From: Camelus ferus
Taxonomy: Eukaryota
DNA length: 64,000 bases
NCBI RefSeq assembly: GCF_009834535.1
Contig: NC_045697.1
Location: forward strand, 99,264,001-99,328,000
Direction: 5' to 3'
The position numbers and the translations under genes were made by a program. Below are positions 1 to 12,149 of this stretch, piece by piece. Within the stretch, counting starts at the first letter, position 1. Every line of letters starts with the position of its first letter. The notes beneath the pieces were generated by a model. That model was not told the origin of the DNA, made no database searches, and worked only from the letters and a program-made list of their open reading frames with translations.

Positions 1-24
1 AAAGAGAGAGAAAAGGAAAAAAAG

Positions 25-215
25 ATTTTTTTTCCTTGCGATGAGAACTCTTGGGATCTACTCTCTTAACAACTTTCAAATTAACCACACTGCAGTGTTA
101 ACTGGTCATCATGTTGTACATTACATCCCCAGTTCTTAAATATCTTATCACTGGAAGTTTGTACCATTTAATCACCTTCGTACAATCCTCTCCCATCCCT
201 GTGACCTCACACCCA
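25..215 (-). mobile_element. L1 3'-end fragment (L1MA9/L1_Art-like)
   Basis: ttccttgcgatgagaactcttgggatctactctcttaacaactttc...catgttgtacattacatcccc matches the reverse complement of a laurasiatherian L1 3' UTR as I recall it. Confidence 0.7.
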
Positions 216-231
216 CCTCCAGTCTGATCTA

Positions 232-505
232 AGAGGTGATTCTTAACTTAAGCCTTAGAAGACAAGTAGAAGTTTATGAGTCAGAGAAAACATGGCCAGA
301 ACCTTCCAGGCAGAGAACTAGACTGTGGAAGACAGGAAGAACATGTGTGTTTGAGGACCTGCAGACAATGTGCAGTGGTGGGGTGGGGGCGAGGGGAAGG
401 AGATGAGACTGCTAAGGTTGACAGGAGGCAGGTAATGAAGTTGGATGACATATCACAGGGTCTGGATTCTCCTGTGTGCTGACGGACAACCCCTGAAGGA
501 ATTTT
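232..505 (-). mobile_element. L2 LINE fragment
   Basis: Purine-rich ttccaggcagagaa...gagatgagactg...ggcaggtaatgaag pattern typical of antisense L2. Confidence 0.5.
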
Positions 506-559
506 ACCCTCTTTTTATATTAATGATTTGAATACTGGCATAGTAAGCAGGAAGAATGA

Positions 560-1207
560 CAACCACAAGGAAAAAAATAAATCATTACCAGGCCATGAAA
601 GTTGAGTATTAATACTCAAACACACAGATGCATAAACACTAGCCTTTCTTGTATTGTGTTAGGAAGATCTTGTCTAAATGTGATTTATATTAAAATATTT
701 GAAATTTTTAATTGATGCAAGCTCTTTTAGCCTGCAGACACGGTGTGATCATTTTTATCGAACTTGGTGTTGGTCAAATGACATGTGGGGTTTTGTATCC
801 AGATCTGGGAATCTCTGGGAAAAAGACAGCATGTCAGAAAGAGGATAGCTTTGTGGCAAAGGGGCAGGTAATCATTCTAATACAAGGAATAGTGGAAGGA
901 ACTGGGAATGTCCAAGTTGGGAAAGAGAAAATGGAGAAACATGAAAGATTTTTGTTTGTTCTCTATGGAGAAAGGAGTAGGTTTACCCTGTGTCACAAGA
1001 GAAGAACAAGGTGGCCGTTGTATGGAAATAGATTTCAGATGAATGCAAGGGATAACACTCAAATCATTCCATATCCAAAAAATGAAAATGGATGACAAGC
1101 AAGGATTCATCTATCCTGACAAAGAACAGTTTTAGGGGAGAATCCTGCTCTTGGCAAGAGGTTGAACTGGGTGACCTTGACTGTCCTTTTTAACCATACA
1201 TTCTATA
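560..1207 (+). mobile_element. L3/CR1 LINE remnant
   Basis: Ends gaggttgaactgggtgaccttgactgtcctttttaaccatacattctat, resembling the CR1/L3 3' terminus. Confidence 0.55.
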
Positions 1208-3826
1208 AAACGGCAATACATCCTGGCTCTATCAGCAATATACCTGTAATTTCAAAATAACCGATGATCCTGTTCAATTTACATGCCTGGAAATCTTAAG
1301 TTCTTGTTAAAATAATCACCAACTGTTTTTGCACATTGTGCTAGTTTTTGAGGAAGATTAAAGAAAATAAGACATGATCCTCTCATCTCTCCTATCCTCA
1401 AGGAGGCAAGGCAGCACCATGGTTTTCTGCACAATCAGCGACCTTTTATGAAACTGGGGCTTGATCCCACCTTGCCATTAATTAGGAAGCAGAAATCATT
1501 CAGAAATAGTTTTATTAACAATGGAGCTTTTAACATACCTTGAGGATCCAAAGGATTCCCCTGAGTTATGAAACCATAATAATAAAAGTGATATTGAAGG
1601 AGTGTTTAGAGTGTATCAGGTGCTCCACATTCTGGCTGCTCTGCTATAAGGAGATTATCAAAAATATTGAGAAGTTTTCTTTTTCAAATTTGTACCAATG
1701 ACACAATCATGATCACCAAAACCCCTCAGAGAACAGAGGAGGTTTCCATTTTCATAAGCAAGGGATAGTCGATGAGGTCATAGTGAGGAGGTTTCCAATT
1801 ACTTGTTGCTAAACCACTAGAAGTATCAATTTCACACACCAGAGATCCATTTCCACCTATTATTTATTATAAATGCTTCAGGGTAAAAATTAACTTTTAG
1901 ATCGATGTTTTACATTTTTTAAAATGATTTTTAAAAGCCCAAATGAAGGTCTTTGATTCTGTTTGGGGAAAAATAATCAACACTTAAAATCTTAAAAAGT
2001 GAAAAATTGAATTAGCCAAACATTTTAAGATTTATCAACACCAAGTCCCAAACCCAAACCCAAGGTCCTAATAAGAGCCTTCAAGATTAGACACTCTCAT
2101 CTCACTGTGGTCAGTTTTCCGGCATGATAAATACACCGCTCCCTGATTATTAATAAAGACATGTTACATAGCAGCATCTTCTATCACTGGCCAAGAGGCT
2201 GTGGCCTTCCTGATTCCAGTGACCAAGGTGACAACCAGAAGAGTACTTCTCACCTGACAAAGGTACCAAATGTATGTACACACTGGTGCGTAACCTTAGA
2301 CCCGAGCCTGGGATCACCTTCTGTGTGTGGCCAAAGCCGAGATTCTGAGCATGTGGCCAGGAGAGAAAAAAAATCAATCAAACAGAACATGATATCCTAA
2401 GGAACAAAGGGCGGCACCATCCCTGGGAGTTGATTTCCCCACATATTCTAATCAGAATTGTTTTCCTCCAAATGTGCAGGAGGCTTGAGGGAGGAGTTGG
2501 CTGTACCTCTCACTCCCCTGGAGAGAGAAGAGACAGTAAATACAGCAGGAGTTTTGCCTGGTACCTTTTCATGAAACCTGCAGCCTTGAAAGTCAGGATG
2601 TGCAAAAAGTTATTACTTAACAATAAAAAAAAAAATTTTTTTTTAAAGGAAAAGCCTTCAGATTCACGTGAAAACACATAGAAAAGAAGGGGTCCAAGTG
2701 ATCCCATAATCTGTGTAAACAAATGATCTTAAAGGTTATTTGGCAGTAAGTTTAAGTATCTGATAATTTGGATGGATCATCCTTCTGTAACCAGCATGGG
2801 TTCTTCCTCTTAAATTTTAAATAATAACCTTGGAAGAAAGGAAACACATCTCATTTATTTCTAGTTAAGAAAAACAACAACAGGCCAGAATATAATAGTA
2901 ATTTATGATTTTGCTGGTGTATTATCATCCAGTAATAAGTGCAACTTGAAACTGCCAATTATCTCGTAAGAGGGGTATCACCTTTTCTGTTGTGAGTGAC
3001 TACATCAATAAAGGCAGGTTCAGCTCTCTCCCAATTCCGTCATGTCTCCAGCAGCTTTTCAGCAGCTGAAACGTGCCGGGCAGCACAGAGGGGGAAAAAC
3101 AAAAACAGCCAAGCCACAGTCAAGTTAGCCCAGCTTCTGGTTCGGGAGAGGGGCCGAAGGCAGACAGAGAAGGCCAGGGGGAGGGGAGCAGCGTGGAATC
3201 GCCTGGAGCAGTCGGTAGGTCACACGCATGCCGGTGCTCGGCAGCAAACTCAGTTTACAAAGAGACATCTGTTCCATTACTCCAATGCATTGTGGCTAAT
3301 TACATCCTGGCCCGTCTGTGAAATGACAGCCACTTATTCTCCAGTGAACCGTAAAATCTGTACATGTTCGATTTGGGGAGCGGGGTGTGGAGGCTGGAGT
3401 GGGAGGCCAGGGGAGCAGCCAAGGGGAAAGAGAAAAGGCAGGAGAAAACCCAAGAAATAAGGTCTTCTTCCCGCAAGATGATAGTGGTTCTCGCGAAGAG
3501 ATGATGTTTCAACTCCCCAAGTTTAAGAGCGGAGAATTTGTTTTCGCAGCTGTTGCTTTTCCTTCCTCTTCCGAGGCGGCAGTGCCCAGGGCTGGTCGGG
3601 ACGATCTTCCATCACCATTACCCCGGGGTTGCAGCTTGGGGACAAACCGACTTGCCCATTTGCTTCGGTCTCCAGGGGCTTATAAAGAGAGGCAGCTGGC
3701 CTGAACCAGGGTGAGGCTGCTGATGGGGTGGGGGTGGGGGTGGGGGTTCTCCTTGAAGCTGTTTAGAAAAGCGAATAGCTGTATCCATCCTCACGCGGAG
3801 ACACTGCCTGAGAGGGAGGTGTCTTT

Positions 3827-3990
3827 TTTGTTTTATTTCCTTTTTTTCTTTTAACTTTTTAATGGGGAGGGGTAATTTTTTTTAGGTTTATTTATTTGTT
3901 TATTTTTTCTTAAGCAAAGGTACTGGGAATTGAACCTAGGACCGTGTGCATGCTAGGCATGCACTCCATCACTGAGCTATAACTTTCCCC
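3827..3990 (-). mobile_element. Camelid tRNA-derived SINE (Vic-1-like)
   Basis: Reverse complement reads ggggaaagttatagctcagtgatggagtgcatgcctagcatgcacacggtcctaggttcaattcccagtacc, then an A-rich tail. Degenerate TSD gaggtgtcttt/gaggcatcttt. Confidence 0.88.
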
Positions 3991-4602
3991 AAGAGGCATC
4001 TTTGATAGCCGGCGGGTGAGAGTGGGCTGTCTGAAGAGTGGGAAGAAATCTACACCAGGGATTTTCTAAGAGGAAAAATCAGTGAAAGAAGCTGGGGGTT
4101 GGGGGTTGGGGGTGGGGTGGAATATGCTCCCCCTAATTTTGGTGGAAATTAAAACTTTATCCTGACAAAGATCCAAAATCACTTCGGTCACTTGGTGACA
4201 GGTATAAGGGAAACAGAAATGGAAAATACAGCATACTGCCATTTTGGAATTAGACTTCAATCCACTGTGGGTTTTAATAGGAAAACTTATCTTCATTCCT
4301 ACACAAAAGCTTTCTGCCAGAGGATGTACACTCTTCTGTGGTATGGGCATCTATTTTAAACAACTGATGACATTAGGGGTTTCTAGTGTGGTTAAACATC
4401 GATCTTTCTTCCCCTTGGAACAATACTATCTTCCATGGGTCACAATTGCTGGCTGGAAAGAGCTGGAAGTTCTCCAGAGGGGAGGGTTACCCTGTAGCCT
4501 CTGCTTGCTGCCACCACTAGACGCAGCCTGGTCCTGCTCTTGAAAACCCAGACTGCCACACCCGTCTGCAAGGCCTGGGCATCCCCCGTGCCATCTGTAC
4601 AA

Positions 4603-4759
4603 CAGTGCTTTTCAAGCTTGGAGGTACACAGCAATCACTGGGTCTGTGGTAAAACGCAGATTTTAATTCAGTAGGTCCTGAGCTGAGGCCTGAGTGTCTG
4701 CATTTCTAACAAATTCCAAAGTGAAGTTAATGCTGCTGGCTTCGTGGAGAGCAGCAAAG
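4603..4759. mobile_element. MER5A1-like hAT-Charlie MITE
   Basis: cagtgcttttcaagctt...aaaacgcagattttaattcagtaggtc...ctgcatttctaacaa...tgctgctgg. Confidence 0.75.
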
Positions 4760-7386
4760 CTCTCCCAATACCAGTTGGGCCACCACTGGGAATGGTGGAA
4801 AATAAAGGAGACTTTCTGGAACAGGAAGCACTGCATAGAACTGCTCTGGGAAGTTTACTGACTTTTGAATCCAAGGAATTTCAACAACTCTGGATTGACT
4901 ACAGAGATCATGAAAGGGTGGCCACCCCTTCCAGGGACAGAGGGGAGGGGAGTTAGGTATAGTTAGAGACAGTGTGAAACATGAAATAGGCCCTGGTTTT
5001 ATGCCTACCCCAAGAAGTTAACACTGTTCAGTGTCGAGGGAAAAGTCATCTTCAAGGAGTCCCAGGCTTTTATGCCCATTCCACCAGTATGTTCCCAGTT
5101 GGGTGAAGAAGCAAATAGCTCTGGCAAAAATCCCAGTTATAGCGACAGAGGAATAAGACAAGGGGATCTCCTGTCTTCTGATACGTGTTCTTACACAGTG
5201 ATTTGGATTTAACTAAAGTTGGGCTAACGTAAAGGTTTTCACTAAGAGCAGAGGCTGAGGCAGAGCAGTGACCCCTTCTTCCCAGCTCCGGGATGGCCCC
5301 GTGTGTCAGTGACCTGCACACATCCCCTTGGCTGCCTGCACCTTTGTACCTCTGTCCTGTGTTGGTAGTGAATGAGTTTGGGCTTATGCCTCGGGGTACC
5401 TGATAATATGCTGCAAACACTAAGTGTTCAGCGAACGTTCCTGACCAGTTAAGATGTGTGAGTTCAGCTTTCATTTATTATGGGACACTCTGAGGTGTCC
5501 TAAGACTGACTTCATTTCGGCCCTTGCCATTTTCCTTCCAGACTCTAAGCCTACCAGTTTCCATGAACCAGAAATCTCTGGCAAGCCTGTGGTTGGGTAT
5601 ACAAGTCCATCCAGCAGTGGGTAGTAACACAAAGATCCCCAGGATAATACTACACGTTCACAGACTGGAAAAGTAGTTGGAAGGCTGAAAAGAGGCTAGA
5701 AATGACGTAATTTGACCTCCCCATTTTACCAATGGGGACAGTCCCCATTTTCACTCAACGATCTATAGTCACTGAGGGAAAAAGAGTAACTGTAGTGTCA
5801 GCTCCTTGACTTGAACTCAACCTTCTTAATTCTCATTTGGGAGTTTTTATCATTCACATCCTGATGCCTTTCAGCCTGTTCAATATAGCTTTTTCAAAAC
5901 AGTCCTTCATTTCCTTCATATAATAACAGAAGAGTCCAATGTTATTTGCATGAAGAAGGATGTTATTGTGGCTCAAAAGAAGCAAGTCTAAATGCAAAGA
6001 TTACAAGTGAAATTCCACTTATATAACAGATGAGAATAACTGGATAATTCAGGGAACTGATATTCAGGAACATGTTTTTATGTTCATCCTTGAAGACACA
6101 GGAGCTCCGAGTAAGGGGGTTTGGAGGCTGCAACAGAGGGTACTACTGGGGTTCTATAAGAGGAGCAGATTGTACAGAAACTTCTCAGGGAAGCGAGTGA
6201 AGGTGGTGGCTCATTGTGACCCTTGCCTCTCTGGGTGTGAAATGCCAGCAAGAAGATGTCAAGACTCACTATTCTGTCTCCGTACTTCCATAGCAGTTTC
6301 TGTACAGAAACCACATTATAAAAGGCACCACAGTAAGTGATACATGAATAAACAGAAATTCATATAGAAGCAGAGAAGTGTTCTAGAAGCCAAACGTCTA
6401 CATTTCAGCCACTCAATCAATTTGTCTGCTTTACACGCCTACCGTCTGCCAACTCATCAGTAAAAGCAAAGAATCTACAAAGGGCAGTTAGAGAAATGCA
6501 TCAATACAGTAAAAATCACAGACCTATACAGTATAAGGTTACATGAGCAGGAGTTAGGCTGGTGACAGGAAATACTCTCAGAGGGCTGTTATGAGAACCA
6601 TTTCCAATCCAGAACAACAAGAATGATCAACTTGATTCAATTATCAACTTCTGCTGTCTTAATGCCATGTTTAGGGGTGGCCAGATTACCGATTAAAACA
6701 GGAATACCACAGTTCCAGCAAGCAAGCCCCAGGGGCTCAGCAAGGTGCAGAAGGTCTCCTTTGACGGCGCAGCAAGGGGCCCGTCTCAGCTGCCTGGCCC
6801 CCTGTGCATTTCTCCGAAGGTCAAGGGATGCTGGAGAGCAGGGATTAACTGTATTCATGGTGGAGCACAGCATCACTCCCACTTACAAAACAATACTGTT
6901 TTTATTATAATTCATCTGTTTTTCCAAGAAGGTATAGGATGCTTACAGACCACCTTTAATTTGCTGGAAAAGTTACTCACCCCAGGACTAACCCCAACAC
7001 CATCCCCTTCTTCATCTCTTTTCCCACAAGAGCACAGTTCGACTCTCTTGGACAGGGTAAGAGAACACACTTTCTCCAGTGTCACACAATTATTTTATAA
7101 CACTATTAATTGTAAGGATAATAAAAACTATTTTGGCTGAATAAATAAAAACTATGCTGCACTGTCTGCTTTACGTGAAAAAGATGGAGGATAAAGTGGT
7201 GGAAAGATCTGTCCCTGCTAGATTATATGCCCCATAAAGGGAACAGTCTGGACCAGCAAAGACTGAGTTTGTGATACACTTCCCTAGGTCATCATTACTG
7301 GGATAACATGCTGTACGTGCCACTCTAGCAAATCTTCCTCTGTTAATAAAAGATCTCTCTTTTTGGTTCTAAAGTTATTCTTCTGG

Positions 7387-7520
7387 TTTTTTTTTTTTTT
7401 TTTTTTTTTTGCGGGGGGTGATTAGGTTTGTTTGTTTTTAATAGAGGTACTGGGGATTGAACCCAGGACCTTGTGCATGCTAAGCACATGCTCTACCTCT
7501 GACCTACACCCTCCTCCTCT
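7387..7520 (-). mobile_element. Camelid SINE (Vic-1-like), no TSD found
   Basis: T24 tail, then gaggtactggggattgaacccaggaccttgtgcatgctaagcacatgctctacc. Confidence 0.92.
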
Positions 7521-7524
7521 CCAA

Positions 7525-7929
7525 GGGGACCTCAACAGCAACACTTCCAGGATTTACTCTTAATAGTGATAACTAGCATGCATGTGAATCTACTATTAAT
7601 TTTCAGTGAGGCACTAGATTTTTCATTTTATTTTGGGGGCTTATTTCTGAAAAAAAATACTGCATTTCAGCAGTATTTCCCTACCTTGTAGAGATTTACC
7701 TAAGCTATCAATTTTCCCTCCTGCCTACTATCACTTTGAGTCTAATTTTTGGGGAGGATAGTATCCTTGAGATATTGTCCATCTTTTTCTTCACCCCTGA
7801 GCATCCCTACTTGTCCACCGAACTACTATGGGGAAACCAAGATGTCTTTCTTAGAAAAAGGAATCCTAAGCTTAATAAAGTGCACTTCTGAGAAGGGGAA
7901 ACCATGGAAGTGTTGCTGTTGAGGTCCCC
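7525..7929. repeat. Perfect 25-bp inverted repeat (7525-7549 / 7905-7929)
   Basis: ggggacctcaacagcaacacttcca and its exact reverse complement tggaagtgttgctgttgaggtcccc, 355-bp spacer. Confidence 0.95.
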
Positions 7930-9624
7930 AAATCAAAAATTTTTATTGTTGGTTCTTCTATTCATTTGCTTTTTCCATTTTTTCTCTTGGAAAATGGATG
8001 AATTGTCTAAATTTTCTGTAGGAAGATGCTGTTACGTTTAGGACAAGATATGGTTTGGCACATTCTTGTCCCATTCACCCCAGAACAGAAAACCCAATAT
8101 TATTATTATTAAACACTAATTGCTGCTTTCAAAGCATTCCTGTGGAATCAAGAGGTGGTGCACACCTCTCTTTCTTGGCTTATAACAGTGAGGTTTATGA
8201 TGGCGTGGTGGCTTGGCTGGCACCTGACACAGTGTCGGCGACATGGCTCTAAACAGATTTCTAAGGCCTTCCCATCAGACCCATGGCTGAAATCACTTGA
8301 AAACCTTCACTCTAAAATATTCAGGTGGGCTAATACCAGCCTTAGCCACATTCTCAAAATGGAAAAGTCTTTTCAGGGAGCAGATTTCTGGGAAGCCAGG
8401 TGGCTTGCACATCTGCAAGTCTGGCTTGAGGACACCATTTGCCATCAAGGACCTGCTGGCATCATTCCTCGTCAGAGCAGCCTACGATCCCCACACATGC
8501 CCCTCCCCACTCCTCGTGGGAAGAGCATCAGAGGCATCTGGAGGCTCAGTTGGCAGCAGAAGTTCATCCCTGTCCACCGTCACACAAATCAGATCCTACA
8601 GGAACAAAGGGTCAAGGGCTAAAGCACTCTTGGGACACCTGCTTTACCAAGATGGGGGCTAAGCATGAATTGCTTTGGGCACGTTACCCACAGTCTTTCA
8701 AATACAATCATGAACTGGCTCATCTTCTGCTGCGTGGTCCCCATCCTGGTCAATGGCTTTCTTCTTTTTCAAAACAGAGGGTACTTCTGTTGATGAGCCT
8801 CTTACGTCCCCCTCAAGAGGAACAGCGTTTGGGAGCAGAGATGCAGCGCGTGTGTACACCCAGCATGTGTTTTCGCGTTCCCACCCTACATTGTTTGTTG
8901 AAATAAATATGGAAATAAGGCTGAGCAAGACAGCCAAGCCAGCCAAACTGAAATAAATTCATCACTCATGGGCTCTCAAGGGAAGAAAACCGTGCATTTT
9001 TTCCTAAATGATTATTTCTGAAGCACTGAAGGAATGGCTATATCACTAATGAGGCCTGTACGCCATGACTGCTGATTATAAATGACCCGCAAAGAGACAA
9101 GGAGATGGTGGAGACGAAGGGGAGACGGTGGGAGCAGGGGGTGAAGGGAGGAGCTGCTGGTGGGTGCTGCCGCCCTTGGGGTCAGGCGGTGGACATGAGG
9201 TCCTGGAATCAACTCCCCCTGCTTTTCTGACCCAGCGCTAACTCCCCCGGAAGAGCATGTGACTTACTCTGTGTAAATACAAGTGAATAGGAAGGTATCA
9301 AAAGCCCCACAAAGATGGAGAAGCATCTTGTGTATAAATACTTATGCCACCGTGAACACCCCTCTCCTGTGCGTGGATATCCTTGGCAGCCTCCCAGGAA
9401 CTGGGACGGAGCAAGGACACATAAACCATGTTAAGCCACTAAATGGCGCCAAGGCCCCTAGACCCCGGGATCCCTCCTTCGTGGCTCTGTACTGGGCAGA
9501 CAGGAAAAGAAGGTGCAGATGTTAACACAGTTGATGGGACAGGGTCTCTCCTCAGAGCAGCTGGTGAATCCCTAGCCAGGCTGACAACAATGGGCTCGCA
9601 AACTGGGTATCATAATGCTTGGAC

Positions 9625-9799
9625 GGGGTTGGGAGGGTAGAGCTAAGGGGTGGAGCGTGTGCTTAGCATACACGAGGTCCTGGGTTCAATCCCCAGTACC
9701 TCCGTTAAAAATGTAAATAAATAAAAATAAACCTAATTACCCCCACCCCTCCAAAAAAAAGACAGTGTAACACAAATAAATAAATATCTTAAAAAATAT
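9625..9799 (+). mobile_element. Camelid SINE (Vic-1-like)
   Basis: gcttagcatacacgaggtcctgggttcaatccccagtacctcc plus tail; TSD atgcttggac at 9615-9624 and 9800-9809. Confidence 0.93.
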
Positions 9800-11985
9800 A
9801 TGCTTGGACAGAGAAAGCCGTGATAGGTCCTAAAAAGCTTCTCAGAGCTTCATGATTTGGTGGCACTGTATGGCATATGATGTGCTGTAGGAAGACGCCC
9901 ACAAATCTCCTGGCATGACTCAACAAGGATCGTTCAGGCAGAGGAATCCAGGGTGCAGTGTTAGCAGCAACGGCTAGAAGAAAAGGCCTGGCAAGGGATG
10001 TTCTTGCCAAGTGCAATGATCCAGTCAGGATGGGCAAGGGCAGGATGATGTGGGGATTACTTTTGAAAATGGGTGTATTATTTAATGCAAGGAACTGCAC
10101 TGATTATCCTTACATCCTTATGGAAAGGTAGAGGTGGAAAGGGGCTTCTGCAGCCTGTCAGACGAAGAAGCTGTGACAGGGTGTGAGATGTGTCTGCGCT
10201 GTGTAGTGATGCCAGAGGTTCCTGAACTGGCGGAGGATGCTGGCCCTGCTTGCCCTTTGCAGCTCATATGCTCTCACACGACATTCTGATGGCGCCGCGT
10301 GGCCCGTCAGTTGCATTCTCCTGCACTCGGACTCATGGACCGAGGGTCATATGTGGCGAAAGTAGAGGCCTGCTCTTCAGCTCTTGATGCCATGAGCACT
10401 CTAGCCATTCCAGGTTATCGGCCACCTGGCTGGGCACGGTGATGACAAAATGAACCAGGTATTCTGCAGTATCACCCTCTATTTCTTAACATCCAGAGGG
10501 ATAGCAACATTAGAAGCAAAATATAAGTGGCTTCAAGCATTATAAAGGCAGTCTGGACCCCAAATTTGTCAAGGGGATACTCATAAAATAGAGAGGAAAA
10601 AGGAGGGAACAAAGGACCAAGGATCTAGTTCCACTCAATTTACTTCCGCTTTTCAGCCCTGTTTGTTGTGGCAAGAAAGACATGTGCTTTTTACTCCCTC
10701 CCTGCAGCCTTCCTGGGCAACAAAAGCCACACATTAGCAAAGAGAAAAGCAACCCACAGCAGGTCCAGTGTTCCTCTGCTTCATCACTGGGGGCGAGTGC
10801 TAGCCCCAGACCTTTCTTTCTCTCGCATCTTTTCTGTGGATGCTCAAAGAACAAACAGGGCTTCTCAAACAATCATAACAAAGAGAATTAAAAGTCATCC
10901 ATTCCAAGATGCAGTCTCCCTGCCTTGCTGCTTCCGACAGAGGAGCAGAGAGAATTCTACTGGCTGCTGCCTCCCCATCGGCACTGATGCTCCCTAATGA
11001 ATCTGACCCCCAGCTGCAGCTCTAAAAGGGTGCAGCAGTGTGTCAGTGTAAACAGCTAAACCTAGTGTCATGTCAAGTGGTAACAAGGCCACTGCTGGTT
11101 TTTTACAAGCGCTGTGCACTTAGCAGATAAAAATGAGCATGCTATCGCTGGCCTCCACAAGTCACACTTATCAACAGTGAGAAGAAACAATGCTTTGTGT
11201 GAGGGGTGTTGCTTGGTGCCCGTGATAGGAAGCTAAATTTCTTCCAGGCTGCCCATTAGCATGATGAAAGAGCAAGTAACAGCTGTATTAACAAACCCTT
11301 TTTGCACGTGTCCACGGCAAGCAGGCCGGAGCTCCTGATGTTCCCTCCAATAAAGAGAACTCATTACCCTCCACAACGCCACCTGGGCTTGAGACAGCCC
11401 GTGTCAGGAAAGGGCTTCGACAAACACATTTATTTGTCCAGGACCAAGTCCAGGGCCAGAAACCTCCATTCTTCCTGGTATCACAGTGGAGCCAGATGCA
11501 CACAAGATCAATAAAAGGTCCCGGGTTCACTGCAGGCTGGGGGCAGTACCTGCAGACAAGGCGTCCCCTGGGAGGACATGGGCGTCCAGCCACGGCAGCG
11601 GCGACCCATGCATACGCAGTGCAGAGCGCAGCCCTGCACGTGCACCTTGACTGGACTCGGGGTGAAGTCCTCCTTTGAAGAAAGCGGAGGGGTTTGAAAG
11701 ATGTCAAACAAGAAAGGGAAGTTGAAAAGCAGGGAGGGTTGTTTTACTGATGCTCAAGTCGTTGCTTTTTAGTAGAAGAATTTTAAGCAGATAAATATAT
11801 GTTGACATGATTACCCCTCATTTTATATACAAGGAAACTAAAGTACAGAAGAGGTAAGTGACTGCACCACATGTCCAAAAAGGGAAGAGAACTTGCATTT
11901 ACCTAGTACCTACTGTGTGTCAGTCATTTTCATACACATTTTCTAGTTGAATCACTTCCACCGTCCTAGGAGGTGGGACTTCTAG

Positions 11986-12103
11986 ACACACACACATGTG
12001 CAGAGATGCAGAGATACACACACACACACACACAGGGACACACAAACAGGCACACACACACATACACAGGCACACACACACACAGGTGCACACACACACA
12101 CAG

Positions 12104-12135
<32 letters not shown>

Positions 12136-12149
12136 AGGGACACACACAC
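11986..12149. repeat. Compound (CA)n microsatellite with CAGG interruptions and a (GC)n run
   Basis: Direct read; flanked by MIR-like sequence (gaagaaactgaggcttaag at about 12152). Confidence 0.95.
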
